A DNA stretch of 52,117 nt from Enterobacter phage Phc: sequence record MZ669808.1; one strand, given 5' to 3'. Each line of letters starts with the position of its first letter. The first letter of the stretch is position 1. This document shows positions 29,202 to 37,624 of this stretch, one piece after another. Both the position numbers and the translations under genes were made by a program. Under the pieces are notes generated by a model. The model ran no database searches and was not told the DNA's origin. It saw only the letters and a list, made by a program, of their open reading frames with translations.

Positions 29202-29260
29202 AGCATTACCTTTTTGTTTGTTGAAGGTGGCAGTATATCACCGCCACCAAATAAAAGCCA

Positions 29261-30307
29261 TTAACTATCTTGAGCAAATAGCTCCTTGAACTGGTATTTA
29301 ACGAACTCCGGAGTCGGGAGTTCCACCTCGTCGGCGTTGTTTTCATAGCTAGGCCAAACGTCATGTTTCTGGCATTCAGCAAACAGGTGAATAACGCTCG
29401 TGTACTGCTGACGCCCGATCGTTAATTGATTCTGGTTCATGGTGAAACCGAGCGGCAGGAATGGCATTTTCTTTTCTTGCGCCAGGAATCGGATCACGAT
29501 AGGTCGAGTCTCGTTAAATGCAGCCTTAAACAGATCTCGCTGTAGAGCCATTTTCAGATAGTAGCCCAAATTGAACGCATGACGAGCAAATTCTGACGGC
29601 TTGACGCTCTGAGTGGTCTTGTAGTCAGTGATCACGACAATCTCAGGAATAATCTCAGGATCGTAACCGTATCGCCGGATGATGTTTGGATCTTTAACCG
29701 TATCAACGTGGTCGAGTCGAACCTTAACCTTGACGCCGAAGATGGTTCCGAAAATTGAAAGTTCACGCAATGCTGTTTTACTGTTAATCGTCGCGGCGTG
29801 GCGAGGGATGTTGAGCAACGTCTGACGCATGTACTTGCAAGCGTCATAATCCTCGGCTTTGATTAATTCCTTACCCTCATATTTCGCATTCCATTCTGCG
29901 ATCATCTCCTCAAGCCAGAGGACATTGACATCAATATCATTTTTCGCAGCCAGAACGAGCAACTCAGGATAACCCTTCCCGCTAGTACCAATCAGTCCGC
30001 AAGCTTTCAGTTTGGACGCCAGCGCGGTTTGGCTTGTGATGCAATCTTTCAACTCGCCAGCCATAACACCACGATAGTAAAGGCTTTCGAACTTCTCAAC
30101 CTCAAGCATCATCGTGTGTGACTGAGTACCGAAAGCGAGAGCATTTGTCTCCTCTCGTTCTTTGTATTTCCAGCTTGCTGGAGATTTCTCGTGAATCTCT
30201 GCCAGGGATGAACCTGAAACGTATTCAGACACCCAACCCTCAGCGGCGTGATATTCGTCGTTTGTCATCTCCTCGTTGAGGAAGTATTGAAAGCGTGGTT
30301 GTTCCAT
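29261..30307 (-). CDS. PD-(D/E)XK exonuclease (RecE/YqaJ/DUF3799-like)
   Basis: LRELSIFGTIFGVKVKVRLDHVD...IVVITDYKTT; start re-assigned to MEQPRF at 30307 because the promoter -10 (30338-30343) lies inside the longer ORF. Confidence 0.82.
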   Translation of the reverse strand: MEQPRFQYFLNEEMTNDEYHAAEGWVSEYVSGSSLAEIHEKSPASWKYKEREETNALAFGTQSHTMMLEVEKFESLYYRGVMAGELKDCITSQTALASKLKACGLIGTSGKGYPELLVLAAKNDIDVNVLWLEEMIAEWNAKYEGKELIKAEDYDACKYMRQTLLNIPRHAATINSKTALRELSIFGTIFGVKVKVRLDHVDTVKDPNIIRRYGYDPEIIPEIVVITDYKTTQSVKPSEFARHAFNLGYYLKMALQRDLFKAAFNETRPIVIRFLAQEKKMPFLPLGFTMNQNQLTIGRQQYTSVIHLFAECQKHDVWPSYENNADEVELPTPEFVKYQFKELFAQDS

Positions 30308-30337
30308 ATCTGACTCCTGTTTGTTTGTATGCCGTGG

Positions 30338-30379
30338 ATTATACCCGATCCGATTCGTGACGTTTAGCAAAAAGTGCTG
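30338..30379 (-). promoter_or_regulatory. Operator-type promoter F (minus): CAGCACTTTTTGCTA -N21- TATAAT
   Basis: Element 30365-30379, -10 30338-30343. Confidence 0.82.
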
Positions 30380-30390
30380 ATTTTTACTCA

Positions 30391-30840
30391 ACGGAGGATT
30401 GCGGAAATTTACGGAGGATTCAAAAACGGCATCTAAGCCTTTGTGTCACTGGCCTGAGCTACAATCTACGCCGGAAAATGTCGATTTCTACGCTCTATAG
30501 ATACCAAAAACGCCAAAAACAGGCAGAAAAAAAGAACACATAACCCAATAATCAACATAATCCTCCGTAAATAAATAATACATACTACTTATATATGATG
30601 ATTATCTATATATATTAGATACTTACGTATATCTAAAGGTTGAAAATAGCTCATTTTTTGAGCGATATTTGCGGAGGATTGATCCGGCGTAAATTCCGCA
30701 GAATCCGTAAGTCGCTGTTTTTACTGGTTGCGTTTGCGGAGGGTTTTTTACGATTTCCGGCGTAAATCCGGCTTGTTTAAGTTTGTTAAATCTTTTTGCG
30801 GAGGATTTCGGAGGATTGCGGAGGGTTTGCGGAGGATTTT
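30391..30840. repeat. Iteron region 1: nine GGAGG(A/G)TT units plus CCGGCGTAAA motifs around an AT-rich core (candidate origin)
   Basis: Units start at 30393, 30413, 30559 (reverse), 30673, 30738, 30800, 30810, 30820, 30831; AT core about 30570-30650. Confidence 0.8.
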
Positions 30841-30848
30841 TCCGGCGT

Positions 30849-30872
30849 AAAAAAAACCCGCCGAAGCGGGTT
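30849..30872 (-). terminator. terminator of the leftward primase unit (minus strand AACCCGC-ttcg-GCGGGTT-T)
   Basis: inverted repeat plus T-run on the minus strand. Confidence 0.85.
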
Positions 30873-31812
30873 AGTTTTGACGGTTGATTAGGACGAGGGG
30901 ATCGTAAAGCGCTCGTTTGCAACCCGACTTGAATCCTGAGCGGTCATCATTTGGGATGATAACTTTTAGGCTCCTGTCGTCCGCCATATACAGAGAATCA
31001 AGATCATTTGATGGACAGGCCACCCTCAACTCTCGCTCTCCAGTGTATCGATACGCCACGATCTCAAGGTTGCTCGGCTCAATGCAAGCCCAGCACTCTT
31101 GACCAGTTGCGGCATTAACCCTTACAGCGTCAAACCAACTATTTACCAGGTAGATCGCCTTGTCGTTGTTGCCAACCTTAATCACCGCCCCACGAGTGTA
31201 ATCACGAGCGTAGAATTGTTCAGATCCCAAATCATCAATAATCAGAAGGTTGCAAAACTCATCGTCGAGTTCATTCCCCTGCACGAGTTGCATAGGCAAT
31301 ACGTGAAAAACGCTCTCAGCGCCATTCTCAAGCGTTTTTACGCCAACATCGAATGATTCACCTACCAACCCCTCAAACATCGTCAGTGGCGTGCTATCGC
31401 GCTTCTCGGTGCGGTCTAATATGGCCTGGCACTTATCATGCTCCGCCGTAGCACCGAACGTGTAGCCTGGGTCTTTGGCTGCTCGCTTGTTCTGCTTGAT
31501 CACGTATTCTTGCGGAACCTTCCCGAGGAATCTACCCAGGATGTTAATGCACTCGCTGTAAGGCTCTCCGGACAACTTCATCAGCCAACCGATTCCCTTG
31601 TCAGCGCCGCAGTTGTTACAGTACGCCCATCCGTCACCGACCTTGTTGTCTTTCTTATTTGTCCAGCGAAATCTATCCTTGCCTCCGCAGTGAGGGCAGT
31701 CCTGGTGTTTTCCGTTGAAGTATTTAGAGTTCAGGCCGCAAATGCTTTGTAGCGCGTCTTGCCACATGTTAGCCATGTAAGGAATTACATCCTCCTCCTG
31801 GTACATCATCAT
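30871..31812 (-). CDS. DNA primase-like protein with P4-type zinc ribbon
   Basis: CPHCGGKDRFRWTNKK...GWAYCNNCGADKG; toprim-like C-terminal region. Confidence 0.82.
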   Translation of the reverse strand: MMMYQEEDVIPYMANMWQDALQSICGLNSKYFNGKHQDCPHCGGKDRFRWTNKKDNKVGDGWAYCNNCGADKGIGWLMKLSGEPYSECINILGRFLGKVPQEYVIKQNKRAAKDPGYTFGATAEHDKCQAILDRTEKRDSTPLTMFEGLVGESFDVGVKTLENGAESVFHVLPMQLVQGNELDDEFCNLLIIDDLGSEQFYARDYTRGAVIKVGNNDKAIYLVNSWFDAVRVNAATGQECWACIEPSNLEIVAYRYTGERELRVACPSNDLDSLYMADDRSLKVIIPNDDRSGFKSGCKRALYDPLVLINRQN

Positions 31813-31847
31813 TTTTCGTTACTCCATAAATAGAAACGGGCGCGATC

Positions 31848-31890
31848 ATAATAACCGCGCCCGTATGGGATTGCTTAGCTTTTTGTGCTT
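31848..31890 (-). promoter_or_regulatory. Operator-type promoter G (minus, degenerate): AAGCACAAAAAGCTA -N22- TATTAT
   Basis: Element 31876-31890, -10 31848-31853, 8-bp inverted repeat CGGGCGCG/CGCGCCCG (31837-31863) encloses the -10. Confidence 0.7.
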
Positions 31891-32299
31891 ATTTCACTAC
31901 CCGCAACATTTCTCTCCGGTCGCATCGGGTGGTGAGTGCCTTTCCGTTTGAGTCGAATCGCAGATCAGGACGGCAGTAAGACGCCCGAAAGCCCTGGCAT
32001 TTGTTGCGAACATAATCGCGATGGATAGCCATAGCGCCAGACACTGAAATCATACCACGCTTGCGCCACTCGTAAAGCGTTGCGTGTGAGATCTTGATTG
32101 CCTTGACAAGCGCGGCGGGTGAGCCGTAATATTCAATCACTTTATCGAGGCGATGGGCTAATCCGGCCTTTACCTCATCTTTAAGAACGTAATAGCCAGT
32201 TGGTTTCTTGCGTTCTTTCTTATCAGCGCCGCGTGATGTTCCGTTGTTACCGTTGAGCGAGCGTTTGTCTACCGCGCCGGATTTGGTCAGTTTCGTCAT
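31889..32299 (-). CDS. Cro/YdaS-like helix-turn-helix transcriptional regulator
   Basis: IEYYGSPAALVKAIKISHATLYEWRKRGMISVSGAMAIHRDYVRNKCQGFRASYCRPDLRFD. Confidence 0.82.
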   Translation of the reverse strand: MTKLTKSGAVDKRSLNGNNGTSRGADKKERKKPTGYYVLKDEVKAGLAHRLDKVIEYYGSPAALVKAIKISHATLYEWRKRGMISVSGAMAIHRDYVRNKCQGFRASYCRPDLRFDSNGKALTTRCDRREMLRVVK

Positions 32300-32313
32300 A
32301 ATATTTTCCTCAA

Positions 32314-32356
32314 TAGCACTTTTTGTTAAACCAGTTGTCTTGTTGAGTGTTATTAT
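32314..32356 (+). promoter_or_regulatory. Operator-type promoter H: TAGCACTTTTTGTTA -N22- TATTAT
   Basis: Element 32314-32328, -10 32351-32356; reverse-strand TATAAT at 32352-32357 may serve the regulator gene. Confidence 0.87.
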
Positions 32357-32394
32357 ATCGGAATATTACTGCAAACGTAAGAGATAAATACGCT

Positions 32395-34428
32395 ATGACT
32401 ATGAGCATTCAAAAGCAAATTGCCGCACTAGAACCGGCTTACATTTCAAGGATTAAGGAGCGATTCACTTTTGGCGATCTTGTCCCGTATGACTACCAGG
32501 TCGTGATGTATAGCGAAACGGCAAAGCGGATCGCAAACTATGAACATCCGTTCTACATTAAAGCCTCTGTGTCTGCTGGTAAAACGGTTGGGTTCGCAAT
32601 GGTTGCGGCTCAATGCCAGGTTATGAATCTGCCTATGTTAATCCTTGCTCGACAGGCTGAAATTGTTCAGCAGGATAGCGAGGAGCTTTCAAATTTCGGC
32701 GTAAAGAACTCCGTTTATTGCGCCGGATTAAACACCAAGTCTGCATACTTCCCGATCGTTGTAGGATCGGAGGGGTCAGTTGCAAACGGCTTGGACAAGG
32801 CTCTTTCAGACTTCTACCCTATGGTTTTGGGTATTGATGAATGTCACCAGGTGGATTGGGAGGACTTGGCTGAGGCTATCGAAAACGACGAGTCAAAAGA
32901 GTTAATGACTCGCGCCAAGGATAAGCCGTATCGCGTCAACGAGTCTATCGTTGCAGAGGATTACAAGCCTCATGACTTTGACGTCGTTGAGTACGGTACA
33001 GGCCGAGCGCAATACACGATTATCATTATGGAAATGATGCGCCGTTGCCGTGAGCGGTACGGGCGAGAGCTTCGAGTGTTTGGGATGACGGGATCTGAGT
33101 TTCGCGGAGTTGTTCCAATCCTGGTTGAAGATAAGAAACATCGCGGTTACTGGCGTGAGCAAGTGACTGACATTAACACCTCTTACCTTGTCGAATTCGG
33201 CTCTGTTGTCCCGACAATCTTTGGCGGAACGGACGGGTTGAAATATGACCTTGATGAGTTCAAAGCGTCCGGTCAGGATGGCGTTGCCGATTTCGGCTCA
33301 AAAGAAATGAAAGCGATGGAGAAGAAAATTCATGAGTCTGCCAGCCTCACAAAGCAGATCATGACAAAGGTTGCAGCAATGGCGGAGACGAGAAACGCCG
33401 TTTTGATTACGTGCGCTGGACAACGCCACTGCAAAGAGGCGGCGGAGGCTTTGCCACCAGGAAGCACTTACGCGATCATTACGGAAAAGACCGTCGCCAA
33501 AAAGCGACAGCAGATATTGGATGACGTGAGGGCGGGTAAGATAAAATACACGTTTCAGGTTATGGCGTTGACGACAGGCGTGAACGTCCCTAATTGGGAC
33601 TTCTCTGTACTGCTGCGTAAGATCGGGAGCTTAACTCTTCTCATTCAGTTGCTGGGTCGCGGGATGCGATTGCTCAAAAAGCAACAGATTGAAATTGGAA
33701 TGGTGAAAGAGGATCATCTCGTTTGGGACTTTGCCGGAACGATGGACGAACTCGGACAACTTTACTTCGATCCCATCCTTGAGAGCTACCAGTACCAGCG
33801 CAAGGGCGACAGAATCAAAGACCAAGAGAAGTGTCCAATTTGCGGAACGATGAACAGCGGATTTGCTCGTCGCTGCATGCACCGTGACGAAAACGGAAAC
33901 CGTTGTGAGTATTTCTGGAAGTCTCAGATCTGCTCTGACATCGTTGACAAGCGAACGAACGAGATCATAAAGAAGGGTTGCGGAACAGAGAACGATGTTG
34001 TCGCTCGCGTCTGCCGATGCTGTGACGCCTCACTTGTTGATCCTAACGAAAAGCTGTCCGGAAAGATGTACACGAAAAACGATTGGTGTGACGTACTTGA
34101 CTTCAAGGTTGGCATGACCAAATCACAAACCGGAATCCTGTATCACTACAGGCTGCGTGATGCCGTAGGAGTTGAGTTTAACGCTGTAGAGAAGTTTTTC
34201 CCTGAGAGCGACAACAAGATCTGTAAAACTCTCTGGCGCTCGAAAGGCGTTACGCCTCACGTAGTCGGAAAGGATAACCGGAACTTGCTCGGACTGACCA
34301 AAAACGCGGTTAAGATCATGAGCATGAGCCATTTGATTTTAGCGCCTCATCGTGTTACGCACCGTAAGAACGGTAAAGGTGAGGACATCATTAGCCGTAA
34401 AGATTTTGGAGGCGAACTTGATCACTGA
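32395..34428 (+). CDS. SF2 DEAD/DEAH-box helicase with C-terminal zinc-binding motifs
   Basis: SVSAGKTVGFAMVA, LGIDECHQVDWED, VFGMTGSEFRG, LLIQLLGRGMRL; CPIC/CRCC cysteine motifs; start at ATG 32395 since the -10 lies upstream. Confidence 0.88.
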   Translation: MTMSIQKQIAALEPAYISRIKERFTFGDLVPYDYQVVMYSETAKRIANYEHPFYIKASVSAGKTVGFAMVAAQCQVMNLPMLILARQAEIVQQDSEELSNFGVKNSVYCAGLNTKSAYFPIVVGSEGSVANGLDKALSDFYPMVLGIDECHQVDWEDLAEAIENDESKELMTRAKDKPYRVNESIVAEDYKPHDFDVVEYGTGRAQYTIIIMEMMRRCRERYGRELRVFGMTGSEFRGVVPILVEDKKHRGYWREQVTDINTSYLVEFGSVVPTIFGGTDGLKYDLDEFKASGQDGVADFGSKEMKAMEKKIHESASLTKQIMTKVAAMAETRNAVLITCAGQRHCKEAAEALPPGSTYAIITEKTVAKKRQQILDDVRAGKIKYTFQVMALTTGVNVPNWDFSVLLRKIGSLTLLIQLLGRGMRLLKKQQIEIGMVKEDHLVWDFAGTMDELGQLYFDPILESYQYQRKGDRIKDQEKCPICGTMNSGFARRCMHRDENGNRCEYFWKSQICSDIVDKRTNEIIKKGCGTENDVVARVCRCCDASLVDPNEKLSGKMYTKNDWCDVLDFKVGMTKSQTGILYHYRLRDAVGVEFNAVEKFFPESDNKICKTLWRSKGVTPHVVGKDNRNLLGLTKNAVKIMSMSHLILAPHRVTHRKNGKGEDIISRKDFGGELDH

Positions 34429-34846
34429 TAAAGGCGATTACCTGGAATACTATGAACGAGATCCGACAGATACCAGAAAGGAGGAGGCGCACCAGAACGA
34501 TAGCGCCGCCTGGGTGACTTATCATTACCCTGAGATCATATTCTGGCACACGGTCAATGAGGGCAAGAAAACCATCATTCAAGCAGATCGTGACCAGCGA
34601 GCAGGATTATTGAAAGGGGTTAGCGATAACGTATTCCTGAACGGTGTTTGTTACAAGTTCCCGTTTGGCGCTATCGAACTCAAGCGGGTGAACAAAAGCG
34701 GCAAGGGAGCCGCCTCACCTGTCAGCAAAGACCAGAAAGAGTATCTCAAGCGCGTTCGTGCTGCTGGCGGTTTCGCAGCCGTGGCTTATGGGTTCGAACA
34801 GTTCAAACTGGCTTTCCTGGATATGATAGGAAAACAGCACGAATAG
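34418..34846 (+). CDS. VRR-NUC-like nuclease
   Basis: RDQRAGLLKGVSDNVFLNGVCYKFPFGAIELKRVNKSGKG...QKEYLKRVRAAGGFAAVAYG; TTG start with GGAGG SD. Confidence 0.72.
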   Translation: MITDKGDYLEYYERDPTDTRKEEAHQNDSAAWVTYHYPEIIFWHTVNEGKKTIIQADRDQRAGLLKGVSDNVFLNGVCYKFPFGAIELKRVNKSGKGAASPVSKDQKEYLKRVRAAGGFAAVAYGFEQFKLAFLDMIGKQHE

Positions 34847-34877
34847 CTAAAACAACCGGAAGGGAATCCGGTATTAT
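34835..34877 (+). promoter_or_regulatory. Operator-type promoter I: CAGCACGAATAGCTA -N22- TATTAT
   Basis: Element 34835-34849 overlaps the end of the VRR-NUC ORF; -10 34872-34877. Confidence 0.85.
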
Positions 34878-34904
34878 CATCACATCTTAAACAGGAGATT
34901 GATT

Positions 34905-35636
34905 ATGAAAGACGTTACAGACAAAGACACTCACGACGCTTTTGTCACGTTTGAACAGTTGGAGCGTGAGAACTTCATCACAAACGCTCTTGTGCCTGGA
35001 TCTGGTCACTACTCAGCCGTAAAGCCTGACACATACTACCAGGTTACTGGAAACCGCTACGCCGGAAGCAAGACGCCTGATATAGTTCGCGATCTGTGGG
35101 CTACCGATCCAGAATTGATTGAGTTCATGGAAAAACGCTTCGGTAAGTACGATCTTGACGCGGCAGCGAGCGAACAAAACGCAGTCTGTGAAAAGTTCTA
35201 CGACGAGAAAACTGACTGCCTGAAACGCTGGTGGGGCAAGAACAAACACGTTTGGCTCAACCCTCCATACTCGCACCCTGACGTTTTCGTAAAGAAAGCC
35301 ATTGAGCAAATGGAGCACGGAAACCAGATCGATATGCTGTTACCTGGTGACAACTCAACAGCGTGGTTTGCCGAGGCGCGACGAAACGCGGCGGAAATTA
35401 TCTGGATAGAGGGCGATATTGAAATCGTCGACGGAGTTGAATATGCCCGAACCGGACGGCTATCATTCATCTCAGCTCTCACCGGAAAGCCAGTTGACGG
35501 AAACAACAAAGGATCTGTGATCTTTATCATGCGCGAACTTGAAGAGGGTGAGGAGCAGAAAACTCACTACATCCCTATAACTGAAATCTGCCCTGGCGTA
35601 AGCCGCAAGCGTGCTAAAAAACGGAGCGTAAAATAA
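34905..35636 (+). CDS. phage N-6-adenine-methyltransferase (Dam family)
   Basis: RDLWATDPELIEFMEKRFGKYDLDAAAS...HVWLNPPYSHPDVFVKKA. Confidence 0.9.
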   Translation: MKDVTDKDTHDAFVTFEQLERENFITNALVPGSGHYSAVKPDTYYQVTGNRYAGSKTPDIVRDLWATDPELIEFMEKRFGKYDLDAAASEQNAVCEKFYDEKTDCLKRWWGKNKHVWLNPPYSHPDVFVKKAIEQMEHGNQIDMLLPGDNSTAWFAEARRNAAEIIWIEGDIEIVDGVEYARTGRLSFISALTGKPVDGNNKGSVIFIMRELEEGEEQKTHYIPITEICPGVSRKRAKKRSVK

Positions 35637-35863
35637 TGAACGTCAATAACAATCTTTCGAAGTCTGATAAGTGGGCTGTTTACCGCGCTCTGGTTGTCCT
35701 GGTGCTGGTTGAGGCCGGATATAACAAAGACCATTTCGAACTTGCCGATTCTCTCGATATGTCATTCGAGGAGATCGAAAACATCCCATACGATGAATGG
35801 CACGCTCATATCATGAAAGACCTGCACGAGATGATCGCAGATTGTCCGGAGGACTTTGGTTAA
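35636..35863 (+). CDS. hypothetical protein
   Basis: ORF with stop/start overlap. Confidence 0.6.
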   Translation: MNVNNNLSKSDKWAVYRALVVLVLVEAGYNKDHFELADSLDMSFEEIENIPYDEWHAHIMKDLHEMIADCPEDFG

Positions 35864-36105
35864 TGGATATTCGCGAGGGTAGGGCGGCGGTATGGGAGCA
35901 CGCAAAGGAATGCGGGATTGATGGAGATATAGCACGAATTGCTAAACACTTCGACATCAAAGAGATTAATATCTTTACTCCTGGCGACGGCGGCAAACTC
36001 ACATATTTAAACGAGCGCCCTCGCAAATTCCACAAGATAGCGGTTGCAGCGAAACCAGAAAAAACGCTTGACCAATATCTCAAAGAGGCAAGAGGCAAGA
36101 AATGA
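35863..36105 (+). CDS. hypothetical protein containing a full operator element in its coding sequence
   Basis: ATG 35863 overlaps upstream stop; IARIAK encoded by the element. Confidence 0.65.
   Translation: MDIREGRAAVWEHAKECGIDGDIARIAKHFDIKEINIFTPGDGGKLTYLNERPRKFHKIAVAAKPEKTLDQYLKEARGKK
35930..35972 (+). promoter_or_regulatory. Operator-type promoter J inside a CDS: TAGCACGAATTGCTA -N22- TAATAT
   Basis: Element 35930-35944, -10-like 35967-35972. Confidence 0.65.
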
Positions 36106-36356
36106 ATCTACCAGGTTTGAACTTTGACGAAACAGTTTACTCTCTGACATGGAGGGGGAGCGTTAAATTCCGTGAGATTCCATTCTCTGACTGGTTGCCT
36201 CCTGATCACCAGGACGTAATTTGCTACGGTAACGGGAAAGTGTTTGAGGCTTATTTCTCTCCGCTTTCCGGTTTAATGGTTCCGTCCGATAGCTCTACGG
36301 CGCATTGTGCATTTGAGCCGTTCGAGCTTGATTACTGGTTGAAAGAGGTCAAGTAA
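36102..36356 (+). CDS. hypothetical protein
   Basis: ORF with 4-nt overlap. Confidence 0.7.
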   Translation: MNLPGLNFDETVYSLTWRGSVKFREIPFSDWLPPDHQDVICYGNGKVFEAYFSPLSGLMVPSDSSTAHCAFEPFELDYWLKEVK

Positions 36357-36433
36357 TGCGATACGCTTTGATCCCGTTAGCGACACTGATTGCAGTTGTC
36401 GCACTCTTTCAAGCCATCATGATTTACAACTAA
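36356..36433 (+). CDS. 25-aa membrane micropeptide MRYALIPLATLIAVVALFQAIMIYN
   Basis: ATG overlaps upstream TAA (TAATG); hydrophobic; below ORF-track size limit. Confidence 0.5.
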   Translation: MRYALIPLATLIAVVALFQAIMIYN

Positions 36434-36443
36434 GGAATCACCA

Positions 36444-37577
36444 ATGCAACAGAAGATTACAGATGAGCAACTTATCGCTGAGCGCGAATCCGGCAAAACT
36501 CAGCGTCAGATCGCTCAAGAGTACGGCATGAACATCCGAACTATTGAGCAGCGATGCTCTCGCCTGGCAAAGAAAGGTCACGGTCACGGTAACGTTCACG
36601 TATCGAAACATGTTCCGGAAGGTTTCGCCGTAAAAGGCACTTCAACCATGATTCGTGAGGACGGTACTGAGGTTGTCCGTTGGGTTAAGACTGATCAGGA
36701 TCGCGAAAAGCTTGCTGCAATGATGGACGCCGCTATCGATGCGTTTTGCATTGAGATCCCACGAGCCAAGCCTCAACCAATGCTTGACGTAAAGTTTGTT
36801 GAGGGTCAACTCGCACTATATCCGGTATTCGATCTGCATATTGGTGCTATGGCTCACAAGCACGAATGCGGAGAGAACTATTCAACAGACATCTCTGAGA
36901 AAGTTCTTAAGGAATTTTTTGATTACGCTGTTGAAATCGCACCTCACGCAGAGAAAGCGGTTCTGTTAATCGGCGGTGACTTCCTTCACTCTGACGGGCT
37001 TGACGCTGTAACACCTGCAAGCGGGCACGTTCTGGATCAGGATTCTCGTTATGCTAAACTTGTTCACGTCGCTATCCGATCCGTTCGTCGCGCGGTTTCC
37101 AAAATGCTTGACAAGCACAACGAGGTTGAGATCCAGATTATTGAGGGCAACCATGACCAGGCTGGTATGATCTGGCTCCGTGCTGCAATGGCGGCGTTCT
37201 ATGAGGATGAGCCTCGCGTTAAGGTTGACGTTAGCCCTATGATTTTACACCGCACGAAATGGGGTAAAACACTGCTCGGTTATACTCATGGTCACACCAT
37301 GAAAAAAGCTGAGACACGACTTGCAGCAATGGCTACGGATTTCCGTGATGAGTTCGGATCTAGCAAGTACATCTACACCCACTCCGGACACTGGCACCAT
37401 CAGACAATCACTGAGCATAGCTTGGGTATTGATGAGGTTCACGGTCAACTCGGAGCTAAGGATGCGTATGCGGCTCGCGGTGGCTGGCGCTCTTACCGTC
37501 AGGCGGCTGTCATTGTCTACTCCAAAGAGTTTGGCGAAATCGGGCGATTCGTTTATCGACCAGAAATGAGCAAGTAA
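36444..37577 (+). CDS. HTH domain fused to calcineurin-like metallophosphoesterase
   Basis: GKTQRQIAQEYGMNIRTIEQRCSRL; FDLHIGAMAH, IGGDFLHSD, EGNHDQAG, YTHGHTMKK, SGHWHH motifs. Confidence 0.82.
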   Translation: MQQKITDEQLIAERESGKTQRQIAQEYGMNIRTIEQRCSRLAKKGHGHGNVHVSKHVPEGFAVKGTSTMIREDGTEVVRWVKTDQDREKLAAMMDAAIDAFCIEIPRAKPQPMLDVKFVEGQLALYPVFDLHIGAMAHKHECGENYSTDISEKVLKEFFDYAVEIAPHAEKAVLLIGGDFLHSDGLDAVTPASGHVLDQDSRYAKLVHVAIRSVRRAVSKMLDKHNEVEIQIIEGNHDQAGMIWLRAAMAAFYEDEPRVKVDVSPMILHRTKWGKTLLGYTHGHTMKKAETRLAAMATDFRDEFGSSKYIYTHSGHWHHQTITEHSLGIDEVHGQLGAKDAYAARGGWRSYRQAAVIVYSKEFGEIGRFVYRPEMSK

Positions 37578-37624
37578 TCAACCACAAGGGGCGTCAACCG
37601 CCCCTAACCAAAGGAATCATAAGC

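Noticed and set aside
30623-31102. ORFs 30623..30922 (-) and 30917..31102 (+)
   Set aside because: The first reads through the iterons/terminator; the second is antisense to the primase gene. Amino-acid content looks like non-coding translation.
36444-36540. The HTH of the phosphoesterase as the master element-binding regulator
   Set aside because: It is fused to a catalytic domain and lies deep in an operon; the YdaS/Cro-like gene next to element H is a better candidate, though not proven.
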